A DNA stretch of 64,000 nucleotides, taken from NCBI RefSeq assembly GCF_009914755.1, contig NC_060932.1, one strand, 5' to 3'. Below the pieces are notes generated by a model. It was not told the origin of the DNA. It worked only from the letters and a program-made list of their open reading frames with translations, and ran no database searches. Source of the DNA: the human T2T-CHM13v2.0 reference genome, Homo sapiens. A program made the position numbers and the translations under genes. Below, in pieces: positions 13,001 through 25,000 of the stretch; the first letter of the stretch is position 1, and the number at the start of each line of letters is the position of its first letter.

Positions 13001-13740
13001 CTTTGCACCTTGGACATAACAAATGTAACATACCTGCCATTGGATATGATGTTGTTGTGTGTAAATATGACACTTAGATCTCCTGCAGCCACCTTGCGAC
13101 CATGAGGGAACAAACCCAAGGACAAAAGCCAACGATCAGGAGATGGCTGTTTGGAAAGATGAGAAAACTTGTGTCCTCAGTCACATGTCTGAAGCATCGA
13201 CTTAACTCACTCTGGGATGAGTCCATCTCCTAACGTATGAGATGAAACCCATGCTTTAGCCATTGTGAGATGGGTCTTTTGTTAGCTGCAATGGACACAC
13301 ATGTTCTGAAGCCATTATTTTTTATACATGATGTAAGCTGTGTTTGCCACTGTGGAAAGTCACAAGTATGTAAGGAAAAGGAACACAGAACAGAATGTGG
13401 TGGGAAGCACCATCGGGCACGGTGGTCAGTGCAGGTTAACTGCTGGACCAAACACAAAAACAAACACAAGGAAAATCCAAGTGTCTGTGTGCTTTACATT
13501 TATTTCTTATTGACATGAACAGTTCGTTGGTTCAGTGAGTGACGTCCCACATGGCAGGCCCAGGCTCCCTCCCTCTTGTAGATCCTCCCTGCCCCAGGTC
13601 CTCCCAGCCCTCTTTATTCACAGAGAGTGGGTAATGAAGAGTGATGCCTCCCACAGTGGGTGTGATGGGCCAGGACTGGAAGAGGCACACACCAGCCTTT
13701 ACCCCTCATACTCCACTGGCAAAGAGAGTTGCATGGCCAT

Positions 13741-14185
13741 TGTTAGAGAAAACAGTGATTCAGTGGTGCTTGTCAGGGTACCCTGAGGAAGACTTTATTC
13801 AGGCCCATTGTGATAGGCACAGGGATCACGGCAATGGGATTCTGCAGTGGAAGAGAGATGGCTCAACTCCCAACACAGCCTGGCAAGTGGGGATTACAGC
13901 CGAGGAGCAGGTGGGATCGGGGGATGGAAAATGACCAGGAGGAAGCATTGGGGTGAGGGGGTTCTGGCTAAGCCCTCGCTAACAGGATGCTTGCTGAAGG
14001 CAGGCCAGGGGACCAGGCCTTCCCTGGGGGGTGGTGGGGGATGAGGACCCTGATCAGATATTTAGGAAGGATCAGACACCAAGGGTGAGGGGTTCTTGAT
14101 AAACTGACTTAGCAGGGTTCTTGTTAAAACTGGGCTTTACAAGGAAGGGCACAGATGGGCCAAGAGAAGTTTCAGGAGCCTCCGC
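13741..14185. mobile_element. ERV1-class solo LTR (MER31-like)
   Basis: tgttagagaaaacagtgattcagt...gaagactttattcagg...ggctcaactcc...aacaggatgcttgctgaaggcaggccaggg resembles the recalled MER31-group consensus; subfamily uncertain. Confidence 0.6.
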
Positions 14186-14509
14186 TCAGGGTGCAACCAC
14201 AGCCCTGCTGGGCGAGTTATTCTCACCCCCACTTCACAGGTATGGGAACTAAGGCCCCAAAGACAGGGCAAGTTCCCTCAAGTTACAGGACAAATCCCTG
14301 CAGTCTTGAAAGCTCCCTCTCCTGCCCTGCCCTGGAGCCTGCAGTGTAGACTAGGGAGGGACAATTGAATCAATGATTTGGGGTTGCTTAAAAAGAAAGC
14401 CAAAACCTGCCCCTTTCCAGGTTGATATTTACATATAGCTGAAGAATTCTCAGGTGCTATCGTAGAGTGATGGGGGTAATTCTCCAGTTTAGAAATGCCC
14501 ATTGTGCCA

Positions 14510-14867
14510 TGTGCTGGGCTGAATCGTGTTCCCCAAAATTCCCAGGTTGAAGTCCTCGCCCCAGTGACTATGTTTGGTAATGGGGCTTTTCAGAATGTGA
14601 TTAGAGGTACAATGTAGTCACTATATGACTGGTGTCCTTATAGAAGAGGAGGAGATTTGAACACAGACATGCACAGGGGACAATCACGTGAAGACCCAGG
14701 GAGAAGATGGGGTCTACCCACCAAGGAGAGAGGCCTTGGGAGGAATCAGTCTTGCTGATGCCCTAAGGGCCAACTTCCAGCCTCCAGAGTGGAGAGGAAA
14801 TGAATCCTGGTGTCTAAGCCTTCAGCCTGTGGTGCTTGATGATGGCAGCCCCAGCAGGTGAATGCAT
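14510..14867 (+). mobile_element. MLT1B/C-like solo LTR
   Basis: tgtgctgggctgaatcgtgttccccaaaattc...gactggtgtccttatagaagagga...cttccagcctccagag...atggcagccccagc. Confidence 0.85.
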
Positions 14868-15339
14868 GTAGCTCGGGGAATGAACAGATCCCAGAAATCT
14901 CCAGGGCTGGGGAAATGGACCAGGCTGGGAAGCTGGAGAAGGGAGTGGGCAGGACAGTGCACTTTAGTGAACGTGTGCTCTGATTTGTGTGTTGCCTTTG
15001 GGATTTTATCTTGAAAATGAAATGCAAAACACAGGTAGGAGGGTTAATGAATTGAAAATGTCTGCTGGCTTTTCCCGAGGGCAAGAAAACAACTGAGCTA
15101 AAATTAGAAGAGAAAGTGTATGACTGGGGAGACATTGTGAAGATAGATATTAAACTCAGAATTTCCAAAGGCTGGCCAGGTTGGAAATGGACCCAGCCTC
15201 ACTGCCAGCATCTGTTGAGTGGGCCAGCTTGGCCCTGCCATTATTCCACCACTGAGAGTGTTGGTCTCATCCCAGGCTCATGTCCACCTTGGACTTGCTA
15301 AATGTAAGACCCACCAAGACGCACAAAGGACCTGTGGAG

Positions 15340-15920
15340 GTGACTGCATTAAAATTCAAATCTCAAATGATAACTTAGGCACAATTAAAGGCAAACAAGA
15401 CACTGGGGAAATATTTCGCAACATATGTTTAGACAAAAGGTTGATGAGCTAACGACATTAAAATAGTATCATAAATAAACAATAAAAGGTCTGCCGAGCA
15501 TAGGCCGTCCTAAGGTATGAGCAAGAGAGTGCCAAAAAAGCTGCGCAAATGGTCAGGGCGCAAGTGAAAAGCGATTTAACTTCGTTAATAAAGGAATAGC
15601 TGCAAATCCGAGCAAGAAGGTAAATGTCTCCACCCAGCAGCCACTTCCCTAGGCAAAAACACTTTGTTGCCCAGTGTTGAGCGTGTGGACCACCTGACCG
15701 GCCTGCCAATGGCAGGGATGGGCGTTACATCAGCATCCCTGCAGGGGGCGGGACAATGGGTGACAACCCTGCAGGGGACGGGATGATGGGTGACAACCCT
15801 GCCAAAAATTGTTCTCATGCTTCATCCCACGGTGCCTTTGAGGAGCTTATCCTGGAGACGTAGTCACGGCTGTGTAGGATAATGTGTGTTCAACAACGTG
15901 CATTACACGGCTGTGTCTCC
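15340..15920 (+). mobile_element. Decayed L1ME ORF2/3' fragment, unusually CpG-rich
   Basis: aaggcaaacaagacactggggaaatatttcgcaaca...agacaaaagggttga...cttcgttaataaaggaatagctgcaaat. Confidence 0.6.
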
Positions 15921-17109
15921 TTCCTTCATTTACTCAGGAAATACAGAGACAGCCCCAGCTGTGTGCTGAGAACAGAGGTAAAGTGATGGGCAAACGCCAC
16001 ACAGCTCTGTCCCGCAGGGCCTGGGCCCAGTGGAGCTGATGGGCACTAAACCGGTCATCCCCCAGGTGAGTACAGAGTCGTGGCAAGGACATCTGTGGGG
16101 GTGGTGGGAGCAAGGGAAGGGCCCCTGGAGTGAGCTGTGCCAATCAGCAGAGTGGGCTGCTCGTGTCTGGGAGGCTGCCTGGTGCCCCGGGAGGCCTGTC
16201 TTCGAAGGGAGGCCACAGGTGTGACCAGGGAGACCTTGAAAGTGCACCTCATGCACAGGACAGCAGCGTCCATGGTGCGAGCCCTGGGAGGCCCCGAGGG
16301 AGGTGAGATTGCATCCCCTCTGGGTGGAGATGGGCTGCAGAGGGGCCCCGTGGAAGCAGGAGACAGGAGGCTGTGCTGTTAGGAGGCAGGAGGCGAGGAC
16401 AGCCTGGACCCAGGGAGTGGGTGGAGACCCACACAATGAACAAGACAGCCTGCGGCAGAGCTTGGAAATGCGGTGAGCAGTGTATCTGTTAACAGGAAAA
16501 TGCCCATGGTCCTTGCCAATGCAGGCCGACAAGATGAACAACTGTGCGTGTGTGCACAGAAGGGTCCTGCTTTTGATCCGTGTGAGAGGAGAAGGAAGCC
16601 AGGAAGCGGGCGGGAGGGAGAGGAACGCACACCCCACACGTGAGGGTGTTTATCTTCCTGCTGCATGAAGATGGCTGATTGCTTCCTTTCCATTGTTTGT
16701 TTCTGGAGTATTCTGCATTGAACAAATATTGACTTTGTAATTTTAAAAAATGTTTTATGAAAAAGATAAAAGCAACTCACACAGGCCCCTTCTTCCTACT
16801 TTGCCAGGGCTTGCCGTCTGGGCCTCCCTGAGTTGGGGCAGGTTTCACTCCACCTGTCCACCAGGGGTGTGGACCCCGGAGGACAGAACTGAAGGAGCCG
16901 CTGACCTGACCATATGCCCAGCAGCTGGGAGCGCTCCTGTGCCCAGGCTGTGCGGCACACGGGGACCCTAGAGGTAGAGAGACACAGGCCCACCCCAGCA
17001 CCCTGGAGGAGGTGAGAACCGTGTGTGCTGCCTCACATCCTGTGAGTAACCCAGGGACAAACATGCCAGGGAGTGCATCCTGTGCCCAGGGCCAGGCAGT
17101 GCCTGCATG

Positions 17110-17999
17110 CATGGGCACACACAAACACAGACACACGCACGCACACACACACACACGCAAACACACACATACACACAAATACACACACAAACACAAACAT
17201 ACACACTCAAACACACACACATACACACCTACACACACATACACACCTACACACACATACACACAAACACACACAAGCACACACATACACACATACATAT
17301 ATACACACATACACACACATACACAGACACACACACAGACACATACACACATGTACACACACACAGACACACACACATACACATGTCACACTGGCACCCA
17401 GGGAGAGGAGAGAGGAAGTGCCTTTGCACACACACACACACAGACATACACACACACGCTCACACTGGCACCCAGGCACCCAGGGAGAGGAGTGAGGCAG
17501 TGCATGCACACACATACACAAACACACACACATACACATAAACACACACACATACACACAAACACACACATACACACACAAACATACACACAAAACACAC
17601 ATACACACAGATACACATACAGACACACACATGCAAACACACATACACACATACATGCACATACACACACACATACACATGGTCACACTGGCACCCAGGC
17701 ACCCAGGGAGAGGAGAGAGGCAGTGCCTTGTCACACATACACATACACGCTCACACTGGCACCCAGGCACCCAGGGAGAGGAGCAAGGCAGTGCATGCAC
17801 ACACACACACACATGCTCACACTGGCACCCAGGCACCCGGGGGGAGGAGAGAGGCAGTGCCTGTACACACACACAAACACACACACACACACACTGGCAC
17901 CCAGAGAGAGAAGAGAGGCAGTGCCTGCACAAACACACACACTCACACATGCTCACACAGGCATCCAGGCACCCAGGGGGCGGAGAGAGGCAGTGCCTG

Positions 18000-18031
<32 letters not shown>

Positions 18032-18352
18032 GGCACCCAGGCACCCAGGACCAGGCATGCATGCACAGGCATACACACACATACTCACGCCTGATCACTC
18101 AGGCTCCCAGGTCAAGTACATGTGAGCACACACATGCTCATGCGGAGCCTAACACAAACACACACAGAGCCTTACACACACAGGCACACACTCACACAGT
18201 CTTGTACAATGTAGCTCCCCACACATATGCACACACAGAGCTGTACACACAGACACTGTCACAAGTTACAATGTGCACATATAGATTTGCACACCCAGAT
18301 GTACATACACACTCTCCCACAGCCCCCCCCCCCACACACACACACACACACA
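17110..18352. repeat. Composite minisatellite: degenerate (CA)n blocks separated by eight ~45-50-bp units
   Basis: Unit (t)cacactggcacccaggcacccagggagaggagagaggcagtgc starts at 17386, 17460, 17683, 17751, 17817, 17891, 17953, 18025. Confidence 0.95.
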
Positions 18353-18934
18353 CTGGGGTGTACAGAGGCAGAGGTGGGCACCCCCTGGCTTTGGAACAGG
18401 GAGGCCTAGAGGAAGTTGGAGTTGCTAGCTGGGCCGCCTTGCCGGGCTGCTCAGGTGTGAGTGGCCAGAAGCCTCTGCCTCTACGGGCGTTCCCACGTGT
18501 CCAGGGGGCTCCCAACACCTGCTCCTCTGGGGGCTGTAGCAGTCAGGTGTCACACCAGTGCCCGTGGCATGGAGCAGCCAGAGCTGGAGGGCACTTGGCA
18601 CCTCTTGCAGGACCTGGGGGTGTGGGGGTGCTCCCCAGATGAGCAGACGTTAGACCTGAACAGTGAGGGGCTGGGGGAGGTGTCCTGGGGAAAGAACGGT
18701 GGGGAGGAAGGTGTTGTCTGGAGAAGGCTTGTCCTGCACAGGGAAGGAGGGAAGGAGCAGGGAGTGGAGGCACCTGAGCATGGCCAAGGCCAAGGGACCT
18801 CAGCTCCTGCCACAAAAGGTGGAGTGGGGCTGGCGGTGGAGTCCGGAAAGTGGCATCTCTGCAGTAGGATACCACCTTGGGCTGGCAGAGCCTGCACCCT
18901 GAGTCTCCTGGGGAAGGTAGAAAAGTCTCTGCTC

Positions 18935-19095
18935 CTTCCTTACCAGCTGAGTGAGCTTGGGCAAGTCCCTTAACCTCTCTATGTCTCACTTCCTCATCAG
19001 TAAAAATGGGGATAAAAATTGTCCCCAAGTCAGAGGGTGGTTGAGGGTTAAGTTAATGAACATTCGTCATATGCTCAGAACAGCACTGGGGTTTG
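18935..19095 (+). mobile_element. MIR
   Basis: cttaccagctgagtgagcttgggcaagtcccttaacctctctatgtctcacttcctcatcagtaaaaatggggataa. Confidence 0.88.
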
Positions 19096-21384
19096 TAAGC
19101 CTCACCTTGAGGATGGTGACGGGGGAATGGGAGAGGGGAGGAGGGCCGAGCACCTAGGGGCATCTGCAGTGGCCCTGGATGAGGGGAAGCCACCAGAGCC
19201 CAGGAGTGCAGCAGAGAGGCCAAGTGTGAGGCTTTCGATAACGCGGGCTGGGAATGGAGCTCCAGGGGTGCAGGGGCAGGAAAAGCAGGCTGGCCTGGAG
19301 CAGGCTGCGTGCGGTACCGGAGGGTGAGGGTGACAGGGGCAGGAGGCAGGAGAGCAGAGTGGGACAGAGGACAGGATCCTGGGGACACGGTACTGTGTGT
19401 CAAGCTGAGTGGGTGGCCAGCGGTAGAGGAAGGTTTGTGCAAAACAGACGGAGAGATGCTCACGTCCAAGAAAGCCAGGGCACGGCACCCGGGGGATCTG
19501 GGTGCTCACAGCCTGGAGCCAGTGCAGGGGTCGGGCCTGCAAGGAGACTGCTGGGATGGCAACCCCAGGCCACCACTGCCCTTGCCGAGGGGCCTCCAAG
19601 TGGAGAGGAGCCAACAGCAGGAGGAGGGCGGGGCCGAGCTGCCCTGCCTTCCTGGTTCCCAGTTCTCTTAGCTGCCTGCAGTGACCTGGCGGCTCTGCCT
19701 TCCACCCGGGCTGAGGCTGCCATTCGAGAGAGGGGAGGGCAGCAAGTGTGGCCTGCGGTGCAACCCTGCCTCTGTGAAAGGACACCTGGGGGCTGTGGCA
19801 GGGCCAAGGCGTGAGCCCCAAGCTGGGCCACTGGCTGGGTCCCCATGGGAGGGTGGGCTGGGGAGCTGGGGGCGCTAGCTTTCTCCTGATGCATCACGGG
19901 TAGTGCTGTTTATTGTACTGAGCAGTATTTCTGTTTTAAAGTAAACACTCAGATTTTTAAAAAACCATGGCTAGCATCTGAGCCTGGAGCCCAGATGTTT
20001 TCTCTGGGAAGAGGAGCAAATGTTATTGGCTGCAAGGCTCAAGAAGATTTCTGGAAACTTGGCATTACATAGATATTTTAAATTGCCACGCTAGACAGGA
20101 AAGTGAGGTAGGGGGACAGAAAGAGTGTCTGGGAGGACGCAGGGCTCCATGGGGGACAGAAGCCATCACCCCATGAGAGCAAAGCCCACTCTGCTGTGAG
20201 CATTTTCCTTTTTGGGAGGCGTGGAGAAGGAGGCCTCTGGTGGGAACTGAGTTTGGGTTTTCCTAGTAGGCGCCATGGGAGGCCAGGAGGCAGGGAGGCA
20301 ATGACCAAGGTCGGGTTATAGGGGAGAGTGTGGTCCACCACAGGCAGGGAAAGCAAACCCAGAGGCTGCTGGACCTGGAGGCAGTGGGAGGCCAAGACCT
20401 GGTGCCTTGGGAGGGGCAGAGCCTGTGGGCTGGAAGGGCAGGAGGACAGGCAGAGGGCAACATTCTGCCTTGTGAGGTTTCAGAGCTGGTGAGGGCGACT
20501 GGAATTGCGGAGGCAGGGAGCAAAGACCATCCTGGTTAAACACTGCAGTTACACTGGATGACCGCTGGTGGGGGCAGTGTGGGAGGGGCAGACTGAGGAC
20601 AAGAGGTGGGGGTTTGAAGATCCCACCAATTTCTTTACCCTGGGGAGTTGCAGGGGTAGCAGGGGAAAGTTTGGGGAACAGGCGCAGTGGGGAGGGAGAC
20701 AGAGCACAGCGTGACAATGAGGGCCCTGGGGAGAAAGGGGCTGGGCTCTCAGGGCTCCTGCATGGGACAGTGATGGGAGGCTTGCAGCTCTGGGGCTGAG
20801 AGCTTCTGTGTGGGCCTGGCCTTTGGCCCCAGAGGCATCAAGGATGAGGATTTTCACAGGCAAGCCACTGGTCTTGCAGGGGACCTGGGTCATGCTGACA
20901 GAAATCCTGGGCTTGAGATGTCACCCCCAGGAGCAAGGGCAAGAAAAACTGAAGATGCTTTATAGGAGGGTGATGCTAGCTAGCAGCCTCCTGTTAAAGG
21001 AAGATTGCTGGATGATGGGTGAGAAGATGGGCCAGCATAGTGAGAATGGCATTGTGATGGGGGTAGGGGCTGCCAAGGGCTGTGATCAGAAGGACAGGCA
21101 GGGTTGGCTCCAAGGGGTGAGCCCCTGGCTGACAGGTTGACTGCAAACCCTAAGGGGCCATGTGCAGGAGTTCAGGGGAGGATAAATCCATGAAGGAGGC
21201 AAATTTGCTTAATGATAGGTACAGACGATATTTAACAGCAAACGAGACAATAAAACATGTAATTAGCAGATGTACAGCACTGGCTGCTGGGGATTCCAAT
21301 GAAAGGCACTAAAACACCACCAAGATTAGGAGTCAGCTTGCAAGGGAGCTAGTTCGAGGACTGACAGCATTCTGCAAGTGGGAA

Positions 21385-21597
21385 GCCCAGGCTATGGAGT
21401 TAGACAGAAGGGTATGAATCCTGGCTCCAGCCTGTGTCCTTGGCCATGCAACTCAGTGGGTTTGCTTTCTTTATCTATAAAATGACTATATTAGTGGTGC
21501 CTGCCTCAAAGGGTAGTTGTGAGGATTAAATGAGTTGGACAATAGTAAGCACCCGGCACACCACCTAACCCAGTGCTCGGTCAGTGCTGTTGTCAGT
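21385..21597 (+). mobile_element. MIR
   Basis: ggctatggagttagacagaagggtatgaatcctggctc...gtagttgtgaggattaaatgag...aagcacccggcacac. Confidence 0.82.
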
Positions 21598-21599
21598 AT

Positions 21600-22530
21600 T
21601 AGCACCACCATCGTCATCCCCATCCTTGTCATCATCACCAGTACTATCATCATCATCATCGTCATCATCATAGCTATTACCATCAACATCAATGCCGTTA
21701 CTGTCATCATCATTGTTACCATCACCATCATCACCATTCCCGTCATCATCATCACCATCACTGTCACCATGAACACCATTACTATCATCATCATCATCAA
21801 CCTCATCACCAACACCATCATCACCATTACATTATAATCATCACCATCATTATGAATGCCATTACTATCATCATCATTTCCATTACCATCACCATCAAAA
21901 CCATTTCTATCATCATCATTATGACTGTCACCACAAATGCTGTTACTATAATCATCATTACCATTACCATCATCAGCATTACCATTAATTACTATGATCA
22001 TCACTCTTATCATCATCGCCATCACCACCAAGACCATTACTATCATCGTCATCATTATCATAACTATCATGATCACCATTACTATCATCATTATTCTTGC
22101 TTGTCATTATCACCATCATCACTACCATCAACATTACTACTGTCATACTCATCATCACCATCACCGTCATCATGAACACTGTTACTGTCATCATCATCAT
22201 CAGCACTATCACCATCTCTAATACCATTACTGTCATAATTATCATCACCATCACCATGAACACAATTACTACCATCATCATCACCATTACCATCAACACC
22301 ATTACTATCATCATCAACAACACTATTATTATCATCATCATCCTTGTCATTGTTGCTATTACTATTGTCATCATCATCCCCATCACTATCACTATCAATA
22401 GCATTGCTATCATCATCCTCACTATCACCATCAACACTACCATCATCATTATCACCATTGATACAACTTCTAGATCATCATAACCATCATGATTACCACC
22501 ATCACCATCACTACTTCTTACTATTATTGT
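21600..22530. repeat. ~930-bp (ATC/ACC/ATT)n triplet-periodic array
   Basis: Continuous catcatcaccattac-type sequence; gives spurious Ile/Thr, His and Met/Val-rich ORFs. Confidence 0.96.
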
Positions 22531-24574
22531 TGCTGTTGTTTTTTTTTAAGACTGGGAGTTAGAAGATCCTTAGGTAGGTGTTCTCGAATGAACTGCACAC
22601 AGGGACAAGTTGCATTTTAGACCGCTCTATGATGAGGAAAAGGAGAACTAGAGGAGCTACATGACTTGTTCAGGGTGATGGAGCTTTAGTGTGGCATTAG
22701 TTGTGAAAGTCAAAGGTGGCTCACCATGCCACGCCCCACCTATTGTGTGAACTCTCTTATTTGTAGCTCTATATCCCCATAAGTAAAATCAGGAGATAAG
22801 CAGACAAGCCCTCCAAAGTCATTTATTCATTCACTCCTTACACACATTTGTGTACTTACTGCACGCAGTCTTTGTGTCCCATGCTGGGGATATGTTGGGG
22901 GGATCTCACACTTTCAGTGCTCACAGTGAAGCAAGAAAGACAGTCATCAGCACCAGGCATTCCCACCCTGTGTGAGGACACACATGGAGAGGGAGGTGTG
23001 ATGTGGTGAGAGGAGGCAGAGGGGCAGTGACCCTCATCCTTAGGGCAGCGCATCATGAGGGCTGTGTGGGGAGAGGTCCTGAGTTGTGACACCCCAGGAT
23101 TCTGGGTAAGATGGAGGGCAGAATGGGGAGCCCTGTGGGGATGCCCTGGGGGAGGTGGTCCTTGAGTTGGGTGGAAGGATGCTAGAGAAGTTTGGAAAAG
23201 GCAGGGCCATTCATGGAGTCTAGGTCAGACCAAGACATTGGCTGGAGGTGGGAAAGCTCCCAGCTTGTGCCTCGGACAATGGGGAAAGTGGGCTCAAGGA
23301 AGTGGGAAGCTGGCCTAAAAAATTTGGAAGATAAACTCGGTCACATCAGAGTCAGATCACCCCCTCCTGGAGGTGACCTTTCTGCCACCTACACATCTTG
23401 GGGGTGCAGAGAAGATGTGGACCACCTGAGAGCAAGCTGCTCCTTCCTGTCGGCCTCCCTTCCACCTGCTGGCCAGGTCCCACCCCTCAACTACAACCAC
23501 CTGGTCATCACTGAAGTCTGCTCTGAAGCTCTGCTGGATGTCTGGGTTTCAGGGATGTATCAACTGTTTCCTCTGCAAATCTTGCCATGATCACCACTGC
23601 CTGAGCCCAGCTCTCCCTTTGCCCTCCGTCCGGGGCATCCCAGCCACCTTTCCTCTCCCCTGCACCAAGCACGAATCACTTATCTGTGGGCTTCCTTTGA
23701 GAGAAGCCCTGCCTGCTAACATTTGCCATCTCTAGGTCCCTGTCTTGCAGTTTGAACAAGCATTTATTGAGCACATACTCTGCCAGGGACCTTTCAAGAG
23801 GTTGATTCATTTATTCTTGAAACAGCCCACCTGGAGGTAGCATCGTCCTACCATTGAGGGAATTCAGACTTGGAAAGGGGAGGTAGCTCACCCAGAGTCA
23901 TGTGACACTGTAATGCGGAGATGGAGAGAGGTGGGGGCCAGTGAAAGGCCGCCCTGCTAGCTCAGGTGGAAGGGGCTCAATGATACAAGGAGCAGTGTCG
24001 TAGCAAAGAAAGCCTAGGACGTAGGTTTTGTTGCCTAGAACTCTTTCAGTAAACAGCCTGTGCACCATGTCCATCAAGACCATCCAGTGCTCAGCATGAG
24101 CATCCCTGGAGTTGCTGAGAGGTGTGGAGATGGGGGCTGCTGGAGGCCTGGGAGCCTCGTCCCCCTCTGCCATTTGTTGGCTCTGTGACCTTGGGCAGGC
24201 TCTCGACCTCTCTCATTTCGCGTCTGGACGTTGCACGCAACCAGCATGGAGTTGGTGCCCAGCATGTCCACCGGCCATCCCTCCTGCATCAGGATGCCCT
24301 CTCTGTGCAGGCTCTGCCTGTCTTCTTGACAAAGCAGTGAGGGCCGGAAGTCCATGACTTCGGGCCCCCGATGACCCTGAGAGGAGCTCCAGCCCTGACT
24401 CTCTGCCTGGCCCAGGGGTCTGACCTCTGTGGACCCTCCCACCCTGAGCAGAGCCATCAGGGCTGCAGGGGCAGGAGATAGAGCCCAGTGGCAGGGCCGC
24501 TGTACGCTCCCTGTCCCCTCCCAACACCTGTGCCTTGGGGTGACCCTGCCGCTGTCTGCCTCCTCCCCCTGCAC

Positions 24575-25000
24575 CCCATTAGTCAGTGATTAGATATACA
24601 TCTTTGCTTCCTATCAAGAAGCTCCTGAACTGGGCCATTATGCTGAGAAAAAAGTGTTTTTCAATGATCACCGGGGAGAGGAGACGCCGCCAGCACTGAG
24701 TGGAGAATCAATTTGAGCCTGGGAAGGCCCGGCCATCCATCTCCCTTTGCTGGGTAATTTAGGCCTCAGAGCCGACAGAGCAGATAGCAGTGCGGCAGCC
24801 ACACAGAGGCCCTGGCCAGGGCTGAAGAATGCGGCCGCTCTGTGGTCATTATCTCAGGGAGGCTGCCGCCAGGGGGAGGGGCAGGAAGAAAAATTGGGCC
24901 CGTCGGGGAAGCGCGATCTTTCTACTCGGATGCTGTTAGAGGAGGCGGCAGGTTATCCATCCCCCTGGTGACCTCCATGCCGCCCGCGGTTTATGGGTTT
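24575..25000. promoter_or_regulatory. Candidate enhancer / CpG-enriched unique element
   Basis: Non-repeat island with ATTA/TAAT and AGATA(G) motifs grading into CpG-rich sequence. Function is inferred, not shown. Confidence 0.35.

Noticed and set aside
17386-18060. CRISPR-like repeat/spacer appearance
   Set aside because: Spacers are (CA)n microsatellite of very uneven length, repeats are degenerate, there are no cas genes, and the DNA is primate.
16777-18642. His/Thr- and Cys/Val-rich ORFs up to 360 aa
   Set aside because: Translations of (CA)n/(TG)n sequence.
21486-22562. Hydrophobic Ile/Met/Val-rich and His-rich ORFs
   Set aside because: Artefacts of the triplet array; the same applies to 3329-3779.
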